Source: Trueperaceae bacterium (GTDB lineage: Bacteria; Deinococcota; Deinococci; Deinococcales; Trueperaceae). Taken from it: a stretch of DNA of 64,000 nt. This document shows positions 38,918 to 48,614 of this stretch, in pieces. The notes under the pieces are model-generated. The model searched no databases. It worked only from the letters and a program-made list of their open reading frames with translations, and was not told where the DNA came from. The stretch spans positions 1,216,001-1,280,000 of the forward strand of contig CBDCDZ010000004.1 of assembly GCA_965215565.1 (NCBI GenBank), given 5' to 3'. The position numbers and the translations under genes were made by a program. How positions within the stretch are numbered: position 1 is the stretch's first letter; every line of letters starts with the position of its first letter.

Positions 38918-41703
38918 GACCCCTTAGATTAAAGCTCAGCGGCTTCACCTGCTTTCGCGAGGAGACTTTGGTCAATTTTGATGACTTAGACCTCTTCGCC
39001 ATTGAAGGACCCACAGGCTCGGGCAAGTCCACCCTGTTGGACGCGCTGACCTACACGCTTTACGGGCAGACGCCGCGCTTGGGTGGGCGCGGTCTGGACG
39101 CGCTGCTGAGTCCGGGGCTCGAGCAGATGCTAGCGAGTTTGGAGTTCGAAGTCGGCGCGAACGCCTACCGCGCCACGCGCACGCTCGTTAAAAAAGCGAG
39201 CCGCGTCGAGCCGCAGGTGCGCGTGGAGCGGCTTAACGGCGGCAACTGGAAGCAGCTTCCCGAAACGGAGAAGATTAAGGAGGCGGGTGCGGCGCTAGAG
39301 CGCATTGTCGGCTTGGATTACGACAGTTTTACCAGGGCTGTGATGCTGCCGCAAGGCGCGTTCGACACCTTTTTGCGCGGCGACGCTTCGAAGCGGCGCA
39401 AGCTGCTCGTCAACCTCTTAGGCTTGGACCGCATCGAGCGGATGCAGAAAGAGGCGGGGCAGCGCTCCCGCGACGCCGAGAGGGAGCAGAAGGGCATCGA
39501 ACTGAGGTTGGCGCAAGACTACCAGGGCGCAACCCCCGACAAACTGCGAGCCCTGAAGGACGAGCGGGCAAGTTTGGAAACCGAGCGCGAACGCTTGATG
39601 GCGTTGCGTCAAGAAGCGCAGAAAGAACTCGCAGGCTTAGAAGAGGTCAAGTCTCTTTTGGATACGCAGAAAGAGGTGGGGCGGAAGTTGGAAGGGGTGC
39701 AGGCTCGAGCCCCCCAAATCGAAGCCGACAAGGGCGCGTTAGAGCGAGCGAAGCGGGCGGCGCTACTGACGCCGCAGTTGGAGACCCTAGCCACCCAAGA
39801 GGTCAAACTAAAGCGCGTGTTGGACGAGACAAGGACGTTAGAAGGCGCGTTAGGCGCACGGCGGCAAGAGGTTGAACGGGCTGAAACGTCGTTGGCAGTG
39901 GCGGAGAAAGAGGCACAGCGTCTCCCTGAGATTCAAACCCAACTCGGAGAACTCAGAGCGGCGGAACCGCTTCTCAAACAGCTTAGAGCGCGAAAAGGAA
40001 CGCTGAAACTCGCGGAGAGGGACACGGCGCAATCCTATAGCGATGAAGCGTGGGACGCGTTGCAGAGTAAAAGCGCACAAGTGCCGAGTTTGAAACGCGC
40101 CGCGCAACGCGAAGCGGAGGCGGCGCGGTCTGTGGAAGTGGCGCGGAAAGCGGTGAAGGCAACCGAGGCGGAAATCAAGTCGCTTAAAGAGAGACTCGAG
40201 TCCCTCAAAGCTGAAGGCACAGTCGCAAAAGAGGTGTTTGAAAAGGCAGCCAAAACGTACGAACATGCTGTCGTCGAAAATCAAGCCCTCGCCCTAAGAC
40301 CGCATCTCCATGAAGGCGACGCCTGCCCTGTCTGCGAGCAAGAGGTCAAACGACTTCCCAAGCGGCGTGAAAATGAAGTTGATTTAGAATCTTTAGCCAG
40401 AGCAAAGAAAAAAGCTGAGGCGAAACTTCTCGAGCTACGCGAGTCCTACTCTGCTACCAAAGCACGCAAAGACGCCGAAGAAACGTACTTGAAAGAGCGT
40501 CAACAAGAGGTTGAGAAGGCGGCGCGTCAACTTGAAGAGGTCAAAGAGGAGCGGCTCGAGCTTGCCAATCTCTTTACGGATGAACCGGAGAGGCTCGAGC
40601 TAAACACCTTGACGAACGACTTGGAAACCCAGCGCTTAGACCTCTTGGCAGGTTTGGCGAGAGAGGTTGTCGCGAAGGCAAACGGCTTGGACCCCGAACG
40701 CGCTCCGGCGCAGCTTGCAGCGGAGGCGAAACAGATTGAAACGAGCCTTAAAAAAGCGCAAGAAGCGCAGACAAGGGCGAAAGCTGAGTTAGACAAACTG
40801 GTGACGAAGTTCGAGTCGTTGACCGAACGAAAAAGTGAGTTAGAGGAAGAGGTTGCGGGGGGTAGGGAGAAGTTAGAGCGAGCTTTACAAAACGCGGACT
40901 TTCACAACGCCGAAGCGGTACGTGAGTCAGCACTGAGCGACGCGGAGCAGAAGAGGTTAGCGGAAGGGATTCAGACCTTTACCTCGCAACGTGCGACGTT
41001 GGAACAGCGCGAGAAGGAACTCAGCGAGCAACTCGCCGGACGCATTTTAGACGAAGCGATTTATAAAACGCTCAAATCTCAGGTTAGCGAAGCAGAAGAG
41101 GGTTTGAACCAGGCACAGCAGCGTTTGGGCGGGGTGGCGAAGGAGTTGGAGCACATAGAGGGGCAACTCGAGCGAGCCTCCCACCTGCGTAAAGAACTCA
41201 CCCGTTTAGGCCGCGACTACGACACCTACCGCCAACTCCACCAAGACCTGCGCGGCAATCAGTTTCAGGACTACCTCATGACCCGCGTGCAGAGTGACTT
41301 AGCGGTACGCGCCTCGCAGATTTTGCGCGACGCGACTGAAGGGCGCTACGACTTGCGCCTCAAAGACAGCGAGTATCACGTGTTGGACGCTTGGCACACG
41401 GGCGAGCTTCGCAACGTCAAGACGCTCTCGGGCGGCGAGACTTTTATCGCGAGCTTGGCGCTGGCGCTCGCGCTATCTGATTCGGTGGCGGGCAACGCGA
41501 CGTTGGGGGCGCTCTTTTTGGATGAGGGCTTCGGGACGCTCGATCTTGAAACGTTGGATTCGGTGGCGAAGGTGTTGGAGGCGTTGACCGAACAGGGGCG
41601 CATGGTCGGGGTGGTGACGCACGTGACGGCGCTGAGTAGTCGGCTTCCCTCGAGGCTCAAGGTGCGCAAACAACCGGAGGGGTCTGTTGTCTACTGGGAC
41701 TAG
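38914..41703 (+). CDS. sbcC: Exonuclease SbcCD subunit C (SMC-like)
   Basis: GPTGSGKS, CPVC zinc hook, LSGGE, FLDEGFG. Confidence 0.95.
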   Translation: MRPLRLKLSGFTCFREETLVNFDDLDLFAIEGPTGSGKSTLLDALTYTLYGQTPRLGGRGLDALLSPGLEQMLASLEFEVGANAYRATRTLVKKASRVEPQVRVERLNGGNWKQLPETEKIKEAGAALERIVGLDYDSFTRAVMLPQGAFDTFLRGDASKRRKLLVNLLGLDRIERMQKEAGQRSRDAEREQKGIELRLAQDYQGATPDKLRALKDERASLETERERLMALRQEAQKELAGLEEVKSLLDTQKEVGRKLEGVQARAPQIEADKGALERAKRAALLTPQLETLATQEVKLKRVLDETRTLEGALGARRQEVERAETSLAVAEKEAQRLPEIQTQLGELRAAEPLLKQLRARKGTLKLAERDTAQSYSDEAWDALQSKSAQVPSLKRAAQREAEAARSVEVARKAVKATEAEIKSLKERLESLKAEGTVAKEVFEKAAKTYEHAVVENQALALRPHLHEGDACPVCEQEVKRLPKRRENEVDLESLARAKKKAEAKLLELRESYSATKARKDAEETYLKERQQEVEKAARQLEEVKEERLELANLFTDEPERLELNTLTNDLETQRLDLLAGLAREVVAKANGLDPERAPAQLAAEAKQIETSLKKAQEAQTRAKAELDKLVTKFESLTERKSELEEEVAGGREKLERALQNADFHNAEAVRESALSDAEQKRLAEGIQTFTSQRATLEQREKELSEQLAGRILDEAIYKTLKSQVSEAEEGLNQAQQRLGGVAKELEHIEGQLERASHLRKELTRLGRDYDTYRQLHQDLRGNQFQDYLMTRVQSDLAVRASQILRDATEGRYDLRLKDSEYHVLDAWHTGELRNVKTLSGGETFIASLALALALSDSVAGNATLGALFLDEGFGTLDLETLDSVAKVLEALTEQGRMVGVVTHVTALSSRLPSRLKVRKQPEGSVVYWD

Positions 41704-43378
41704 CGAAAATACGCTGCGCCGCTACTGGAGAAAGCTATCCTACATCACGCGATCTTGGGGAAGGTCCCTGCGGCTGGCCGAGCACGGCGCTATTCTGTTC
41801 CTCTACGCGGCCTCCTTCTTCGCACTGACCTGGCCGTCGGTCCTCCGTTTCGGCACGCACATCATGAGCGACCGGGGGGACGGCTTACAGATGTACTGGA
41901 ACGTGTGGTGGGTTCGTCACGCTGTACTCAATGGCGCGCAGCCCTTCGAGACGTCCCTGCTCTTCTACCCGGAAACGCCTAGTCTAATCGTGCACAGCCT
42001 TCACGCATTCGGCGGCTTTCTCACGGTTCCTTTTGCGGGGCTATTGAACGACGTCGCGCTCTTTAACGTCGTGGTGACGTTCGGCTTCGTGGCGTCCGGC
42101 TGGGGGGCGTATCTGCTCACCCAGCATTTTGTAAAGGGCACTCTACCCGCCTTCGTCGCCGGGTACATCTTCACGTTTTCCAACTACCACTTTGCGCACG
42201 CCACGGGGCACCTCAACCTCGTTCTGATGCAGTGGATTCCCTTTTACTTTCTCTTCCTGCTACGACTTTTGCGTGGGGGGCGTGAACGTGACGCGGTATT
42301 CGCGGCGCTCTTTCTCTTTCTGACCCTGCTCTGCGACCACTACTACTTCCTTTTCTGCGTGCTCGCCTCCGCCATTTTCATATTGTGGGGAGTCTGGACG
42401 AAGATCGCCTTAAATGTGCGCACCGCACGAGCTTTTGCGCTCTTTGGTGGACTTTCGCTCGTCACCTCTGGCGTGTTTCTTCTCGCTTTTTTGCGCGCGG
42501 CTGCCGGTGAAGTCACAGGTCACGACCCTCGAGGCGGCGGTATGAACCCCTTCGCTCTACTTGTACCGGGGGGTCACTGGCGCTTCCGAGAGCTAACTGA
42601 GCTGTACTGGGGGGGTAGCAACATCCACGAGACGAGCGTGCACCTCGGGCTAGGCGTGCTCACGCTCGCAGCGTGTGGCTACTACCTTTTGTATAGACGG
42701 CGTGACGACGCGCGCACTCTGCTGATCGCGCTCGCGCTCGCCTTTTTCTACTTAGCTCTTGGGAAAGGTCCGCAGTTAGCAGGCGTCACCCTATTTGCGC
42801 CCTACGACCTGCTCGAGTACGCCCTGCCCCCTATCCGAGCGGGCGGCGTGCCGGTGCGCTTCGTCGTCGTGACTATCCTTATGTTGGCTGTTCTTGCGGC
42901 TTGCGGGGTACGGTTGCTTTGGGACTCTCGGCGCGGACGTCTGCCGCTGGCTTTGTTGTTATGCCTCGCGTTCACCGAACTTCTCCCCTATCCCGTCCCG
43001 AGCACCCTAGTAACCTTTCCGCCTGAGATTGAGGTTTTGGCGAAGCGAGCAGCGGCTCAGCCGGGCGCGGTGCTCGACCTGGCGCACTCCCGTCAGCTCG
43101 CCATGCTCTACCAAACCCGCCACAAACAACCCATCCAGACGGGCTATCTCGCGCGGATGCAGGGTGCGACGGAGCGCAGCTACGCGCAGGTCCAGCGGCT
43201 CATCCGCACGGACCGCTTTGCTGAACTCGGCTCGACTTGGGGCTTTCGTTACGTCCTCTCCGAAGCGCCGCTCGACTGCTGCCGCCTCCTCTACGTCGGT
43301 TCGGTTCGGCTGTATGAGATTCCGCTCGCACCAGACGCGCGTAGTGACATAGGGGTCCCGCTGCGACCCTCGCGGTAG
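41687..43378 (+). CDS. Polytopic membrane protein, GT-C/YfhO-like (true start probably later)
   Basis: Many TMs; D..QMYWNVWW, LFYP, GHLNL. Confidence 0.7.
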   Translation: MSTGTSENTLRRYWRKLSYITRSWGRSLRLAEHGAILFLYAASFFALTWPSVLRFGTHIMSDRGDGLQMYWNVWWVRHAVLNGAQPFETSLLFYPETPSLIVHSLHAFGGFLTVPFAGLLNDVALFNVVVTFGFVASGWGAYLLTQHFVKGTLPAFVAGYIFTFSNYHFAHATGHLNLVLMQWIPFYFLFLLRLLRGGRERDAVFAALFLFLTLLCDHYYFLFCVLASAIFILWGVWTKIALNVRTARAFALFGGLSLVTSGVFLLAFLRAAAGEVTGHDPRGGGMNPFALLVPGGHWRFRELTELYWGGSNIHETSVHLGLGVLTLAACGYYLLYRRRDDARTLLIALALAFFYLALGKGPQLAGVTLFAPYDLLEYALPPIRAGGVPVRFVVVTILMLAVLAACGVRLLWDSRRGRLPLALLLCLAFTELLPYPVPSTLVTFPPEIEVLAKRAAAQPGAVLDLAHSRQLAMLYQTRHKQPIQTGYLARMQGATERSYAQVQRLIRTDRFAELGSTWGFRYVLSEAPLDCCRLLYVGSVRLYEIPLAPDARSDIGVPLRPSR

Positions 43379-43414
43379 CCCGGCCTATTCGAGCCGCCCC
43401 TACTCAGCACGACG

Positions 43415-43564
43415 ATGGCAAAGCGGCGTAACTACATGGTCAAGAGAGAGAGTGAGGATACGCCGTTCAAGAGGTTGCGCGGCGTCGCTACGGTGGCGAT
43501 GAGCACGGACGAGATTATAGCACTAACTCGTAACGATATGACCCGCAACGATGGCGAAGCCTAA
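43415..43564 (+). CDS. Short or truncated antitoxin-like ORF (49 aa); absent from the ORF track
   Basis: RLRGVATVAMSTDEIIALTR resembles the C-terminus of AbrB/MazE-type VapB antitoxins; overlaps the vapC start. Confidence 0.55.
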   Translation: MAKRRNYMVKRESEDTPFKRLRGVATVAMSTDEIIALTRNDMTRNDGEA

Positions 43565-43964
43565 ACTGCTCGTAGATAGCAACGTCTTATTGGATATCTT
43601 TTCGGATGACCCCGTTTGGTTTACCTGGTCCGAGCAGACGCTGAGCCGCTACGCCCAAACGCACGACCTCGTGATTAACCCGGTCATCTATATAGAGCTT
43701 TCCATCAGCTTTGAAAGAATTGAGGAACTCGAGGCGTCGTTGCGCGCTGCCTCTATAGGCGTAGCGACGCTGCCGAGAGAAGCCCTCTTTTTAGCAGGCA
43801 AGGTGTTTTTGAGCTATCGGCGGCGGGGCGGCGCGAAGGCGTCCACCTTACTAGACTTCTTTATCGGGGCTCAGGCGGCGGTTCAGAAGCTTCCCCTTTT
43901 GACGAAAGATGTTGAGCGCTACAAGACTTATTACCCGACGGTAGAGCTGATAAGCCCGGTTTAG
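43551..43964 (+). CDS. PIN-domain (VapC) toxin
   Basis: LLVDSNVLLD, E, DFFIGAQA, LLTKD. Confidence 0.9.
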   Translation: MAKPKLLVDSNVLLDIFSDDPVWFTWSEQTLSRYAQTHDLVINPVIYIELSISFERIEELEASLRAASIGVATLPREALFLAGKVFLSYRRRGGAKASTLLDFFIGAQAAVQKLPLLTKDVERYKTYYPTVELISPV

Positions 43965-44013
43965 GCTCGAGCCCCCTCTACCTTCAAACGCTCATCTCGG
44001 TTACAATCAAGGG

Positions 44014-44451
44014 GTGCGCAAGCTGACCTCTCCCGCTAAGCCGCTCTCCCTAAAGGAGCATCTGCCCGCTTTAGAGACAATCTTCGCAGATTCGGGTGTG
44101 GTAGCGCTCTATCTCTATGGCTCGCACGGAACGCCGCAGCAAACGCCGCTGAGCGATATTGATCTGGCGGTGGTTGCACCCCTTGGTCAGCGGGTGGATG
44201 AACCTGAGCTGCTCAGCAAGGTCACAGACCTCTTGGGTGATGATGTCTCCCTCACGATACTTAACCGTGCGCCGCTCCCTTTCCGCTTCCTCGTCCTCGA
44301 GACGGGGCGACCTCTTTTCGTCTTCGACAAGGACGCCCTAGCCGACTTCACTGAGCAAACACTCGTGTATTATCACGACTTTCGACCCGATTACGAGGCG
44401 ATGGTGCGCGATTACGACAGCGCATTGCGAGAGCGCTATGGCGGTCCATAA
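44014..44451 (+). CDS. MntA-like minimal nucleotidyltransferase antitoxin
   Basis: GSx10DxD (GSHGTPQQTPLSDID). Confidence 0.88.
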   Translation: MRKLTSPAKPLSLKEHLPALETIFADSGVVALYLYGSHGTPQQTPLSDIDLAVVAPLGQRVDEPELLSKVTDLLGDDVSLTILNRAPLPFRFLVLETGRPLFVFDKDALADFTEQTLVYYHDFRPDYEAMVRDYDSALRERYGGP

Positions 44452-44860
44452 GGACAAATTACGCCAGAAGCTGCATTACATCCGTGAGTCTGTTGAGCAC
44501 TTGGAGGACATCCGCAGTCGGGGGCGTGATGCGTTTGTCCGCGACTGGCTCCTACGAGCTGCCGCTGAGCGCTCGTTGCAGGTTGCGATTGAGGCTGTTT
44601 TAGACGTTGCGAATCACCTTATCGCCCAAGAGGGTTGGGGTCTGCCAAATAGCTATAGGGAGGCGCTCGAGATACTGCTACGTGAGGGTGTGTTGCCCCA
44701 AGAGAAATCACAGGACTATCTGCAAATGGTGAGCTTTCGCAATCGCATCGTCCATCTTTATGACCAAATTGACCCTGAAGAGGTTTTTACTATCGTTGAA
44801 AATAGCCTGGGCGACTTAGAGGTGTTTATCCGCGCTATTGTTCAACGTTACTTGAGCTAG
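44438..44860 (+). CDS. HepT-like HEPN (DUF86) RNase toxin
   Basis: RNRIVHLY (Rx4HxY); overlaps the MNT gene. Confidence 0.9.
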   Translation: MAVHKDKLRQKLHYIRESVEHLEDIRSRGRDAFVRDWLLRAAAERSLQVAIEAVLDVANHLIAQEGWGLPNSYREALEILLREGVLPQEKSQDYLQMVSFRNRIVHLYDQIDPEEVFTIVENSLGDLEVFIRAIVQRYLS

Positions 44861-44937
44861 GGCTCGAGCCTACAACCATCCTCTACAACGTGAAGAAGTG
44901 CGAGAATAAACCTCTGCGCACCTCTTCACTTCAACCC

Positions 44938-45306
44938 TCAGCCCATCGAATGCAGCCCGACCCTATTCCCCTCCGAATCCACAAACAGCGCGATAAAGCC
45001 GTTTTCGCCGATGCCCATCTTATCTTGGATGATTTCACCGCCCGCCGCTTTCACTTTGCCTAAAGGGACGCTCAAATCGTCGCCGCCGTTGAGGTAGATG
45101 ATGCTTGCATTACGGCTCGGCACATAGTCCCACTTTGCGCTCTTGACGAGTCCGCCGCCGACACCCTCACTGGCTGGAAACATCGTCATCTCACCCCCGT
45201 CCATCTCTGCGTCAATCAGTTCAGTATCCATGACCGTTTCGTAGAACGCCTTTGCTCTGTCCAAATCCGTCACAGGAATCTCGAACCAGTTGAGTGCGTT
45301 TGCCAT
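44938..45306 (-). CDS. VOC/glyoxalase family protein
   Basis: NWFEIPV, DSEGNRVGLH. Confidence 0.9.
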   Translation of the reverse strand: MANALNWFEIPVTDLDRAKAFYETVMDTELIDAEMDGGEMTMFPASEGVGGGLVKSAKWDYVPSRNASIIYLNGGDDLSVPLGKVKAAGGEIIQDKMGIGENGFIALFVDSEGNRVGLHSMG

Positions 45307-45418
45307 TGTCTACCTCCGTGATGGGGTGTAGTTTCGGAACCTGTCTCGAGCCCATCTACCTTAAATTTTAAGGTGCGCAAGTGACAGCGTTATGTCAGTA
45401 AGACAAAAGCAGTTGAAA

Positions 45419-45505
45419 GCAACGAGCAATGAGTTGAAAGTAAAAAGCCTTGACTCATTGCTCACCGTTCGTCCCCGAAAGGGGATTGCTCGGAACTCAT
45501 TGCTC
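45419..45505. repeat. GAGCAATGAGT/ACTCATTGCTC repeat element, copy 2
   Basis: ACTCATTGCTCACCGTTCGTCC shared with copy 1; overlaps the WYL gene 3' end. Confidence 0.7.
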
Positions 45506-46436
45506 TTAACGTCACCTCGAGTTCCAACTTCAAGAGGTCTTTCAAACTTTTGGGGGCTAGGACACGCACGCTCGAGCCCCAACTCAGTATCCAGGAAAGC
45601 GCTTCTTCAAGTCGGTGAACTTTCAGGGTGACGCGCAGACCTTCGGGCGTTTCGCAAGTGTCGTGAACGAAATAAACGGGACGCTCCTTCACCCACTGCG
45701 TGACGCCTTTGTCGAAAAGAAGTGCAACCTCTTGCCCAGACGGATTCGGCTCGTCGTGCACGTTCACGCTGTACCCTACTTGTCGCTCGAACATTTGCGG
45801 AAGCACGCTAACCTCTTGGATGCGGTCGAGGCGAAAGGTGCGCATAGCGCGGCGCAGATGGCAATAAGCGGAGAGCACCCAAGCGTCTTTGAAGTGAATC
45901 AGCGCGTGCGGGTCTACGGTGCGCTCGCTCAGCTCGCCCGCTGTTCTGTCCAAACGTTTGAAGTAGCGAAGGTGTAAGGGGTGTTGCTCCAAAATCGCCT
46001 TCCTAACAAGCTGCAACGTTTCCGAGGTATCAATCAGCACATCCGAATCCATCTGCACGAAACGGATGTTATCTTTTAAGTAGGCGACGTCCTTAGCCAC
46101 CGCCCCACTCAACACGGCTTCAATTTTACGACTGGCAGATTTCGCAGCGGCGCGGTACTGCGTGTCAAAGCTCTGCGCCATCACCTCACTGCCGAGCGTC
46201 AACATCATCGCTTCGTCCGGGCTGAGCGAAACGGGCGGCAAGAAGTAGCCTTCCATCAGCCAGTAGCCCTGACCCGCTGCCGAGACGACGGGCACGCCCG
46301 ACTCATTGAGCGCCAAAATGTCGCGGTAAATGGTGCGCTTGGTAACGCCGAAGGTGTGCGCCAAAGCTTCCGCTGTGACGCGCTCGCGCCCCTGGAGTTC
46401 TAAAACGATGGCTAGAAGTCTATCCGTACGGTTCAT
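45462..46436 (-). CDS. YafY-type HTH-WYL transcriptional regulator
   Basis: RTIYRDI HTH; WVLSAYCHLR..RTFRLDRI. Confidence 0.93.
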   Translation of the reverse strand: MNRTDRLLAIVLELQGRERVTAEALAHTFGVTKRTIYRDILALNESGVPVVSAAGQGYWLMEGYFLPPVSLSPDEAMMLTLGSEVMAQSFDTQYRAAAKSASRKIEAVLSGAVAKDVAYLKDNIRFVQMDSDVLIDTSETLQLVRKAILEQHPLHLRYFKRLDRTAGELSERTVDPHALIHFKDAWVLSAYCHLRRAMRTFRLDRIQEVSVLPQMFERQVGYSVNVHDEPNPSGQEVALLFDKGVTQWVKERPVYFVHDTCETPEGLRVTLKVHRLEEALSWILSWGSSVRVLAPKSLKDLLKLELEVTLRAMSSEQSPFGDER

Positions 46437-46834
46437 GGTTGCCCGTCATTCCAAGAGGTCATAGCGTACCTTTAGAAATCGTTAGAGGTTCAGCCGTCAC
46501 CTCGTTCTCTTCATTGCAGTTCATCTCACTATACAGCGTCGCAGTCACATGGAGATGAGCATAAAGTTATACTAAATTTTATGCAGTACAACAACCAATG
46601 ATGTCTATCTCTTAGCGCTATCCTCTTCTGCATGGTGTCATACTTTAGCGCAAAAGCTAAACTATTTAGAGTAGCAGAGGTCTGAATATGAGAGAAATTG
46701 GATCATATTCTTCAATTTTGTGATCGACCCTTCCCAGTCCAACTGAGATAAAGGCTGACCGTCTACGGCTTGAGCTAAATCGTCGAGCGGCATCATACGT
46801 AACTGGTCGCTCCAGAGGTGTGATGCAATCTTGC

Positions 46835-46900
46835 TGACAGCGGTACCGAGCTTCTAGCCGACAGCGGCTATCAAGGTGTGGCTAAGTATCATCCTAACGA
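46835..46900 (+). mobile_element. Tiny IS5-family transposase remnant
   Basis: Translates TELLADSGYQGVAKYHPN (ADSGYQG motif). Confidence 0.4.
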
Positions 46901-47055
46901 ACAGGAGCGCCACGGAAATTTTCAGGCTGTTCATAATGTCCCCCTCAGATGAAGAGCCTGGACAGATGGAGGTGTCCCGTTTTGCGTGGTCGCAAAGAGC
47001 GATTGACGTCTCTCGCGAATGTCGTTGGAAGTGCTCATTTAACCAGACTTGCAGG

Positions 47056-47352
47056 TTAAGGTCCGACCAAGCCGCGCTCCCGCGCCCACACGATGACTTC
47101 AGCGCGAGAATGGACCCCGACTTTGTCATAGAGCGTCGCGAGGTAGTTGCGCACCGTCTGCGGCGCTAAGCCGAGGTCAGCGGCGATCTGGGCGTTGCTC
47201 AGCCCCTTGGCGACGAGTACGAGCACCTGCTGCTCGCGGGGGGTCAGCGCGGCTATCCCGGTCTGATCGAGGTCGCCCGAGCGAATCTGGGCGAGCTTCT
47301 CGATGACCCGGCGGCTGAACCAAGAGGCGTCTGTGCTTGTACCAGCAAGCAT
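47056..47352 (-). pseudogene. LuxR-type HTH fragment (receiver domain missing)
   Basis: LTPREQQVLVLVAKGLSNAQIA...TVRNY. Confidence 0.75.
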
Positions 47353-47449
47353 AGGTTATGAAGGCAGTTGCGTCGCGGTCGGCGGACGCGCGCGTCCGCC
47401 CTCCTAGAAGTGCTCCCTAACGCATAATTACGTCGTCGCGGCATTAGTC

Positions 47450-47999
47450 TTATGCTCGCCACGCAGGAACGGGCACGCCTAGAGCCCGGTTGATGAGCCA
47501 GCTCGTTAGGGTGAGGAGTATACGACGCTCAGCGCCATCATAAAGAGCGCGTGGGGCGTAGTGAGCAGCCCTAAGCTCACGATGAGGGTGGTGGCTCCGC
47601 GGGTGGGTGGGAGTCTTTAGCGAGCAGCATCGCTGCCCCCGTCATCCCTACCGAAAGCGTCGCTACGCCTATTCGGATAGGGGTGACCCCCGCTTGTAAG
47701 ACGTTGGGAGCGTCTAATAGACCAAAAACGGCAAGCGCAACGTACCCGGCTGAGAGCGCGATGAAGTGACCCAAGAGGGTGCTGCGCGGGCTCGAGCCAC
47801 TAGAGAGCGGCTGCTCGAAAAAGAGGTACACCGTCGGACCTAAGCTAGGGAAGAGAAAAGGCTCCTTTAGAGCGTAAGCCGCTAGCCCACTCACCGTGAT
47901 AGCGAGCGACCCGGCGAGGAAGAGGTAAAGCGCGTCGCCTACCCTACTGAGCCGCCCGTATAGCCACCTGTGAAGCCCGTAACGCTCATGAATATTCAA
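47450..47999 (-). pseudogene. Frameshifted HPP-family membrane protein
   Basis: FPSLGPT...HPPA, then continues in other frames as ATTLIVSLGLL...WLINRALGVPVPAW. Confidence 0.75.
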
Positions 48000-48040
48000 T
48001 CTCGCGCTGTCATAGGTGTAAGCTCGACGGAGGGGGTGTC

Positions 48041-48522
48041 ATGACCGACCAAATCGTACAGATCAAGACTTTACTGGCTGTAGCGTTCGCCATCCTCACC
48101 TCATCTTCACCGCGTTGCGGGCGACCCAGCCGGTGGCGCTGCCACTCGCTTTTGCGGCGGTGCTCCTGCTCTTTTTTCGGCCGCTACAAAAGCGCCTCAG
48201 CCGGCACGTCCCGAACTGGCTGAGCGCTGTGCTCGTGATGTTCCTCGTGTTCGCGCTCTTGGCGCTCTTTTTCGCCGCTATCAGCTACGCCGTGTCGGTG
48301 GTCGCGCCGCAGGTGCCTCAGTATGTAGACCAGTTGCAACAGCAGGTGCAGCGCTGGCGCTCCAACTTGGGGGTGCCGCTCCCCTCGCTGCAAGGGGGCG
48401 CGGAGTCGCTGAACGGGCTGCTCGGACCGCTGGGCTCTTTTCTCGGCGGTCTGCCCCCACCTTGGCTGCGTCGTCCACTGGAACGGCGCGGAAGCGAGCT
48501 GGGACTGCCCCTGCCATGGTAG
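48041..48522 (+). pseudogene. AI-2E-family transporter fragment
   Basis: PLAFAAVL..PLQKRL pattern; frameshifted and truncated. Confidence 0.6.
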
Positions 48523-48614
48523 CCGTTTCGCGCCCACGGGCGAGGTGTTAGTCGGCCCAGCGCTGGCGGGGCTCAAATCGCGCTAGAACGCGGCTGCCTG
48601 AAGGGGGAAAAGCC

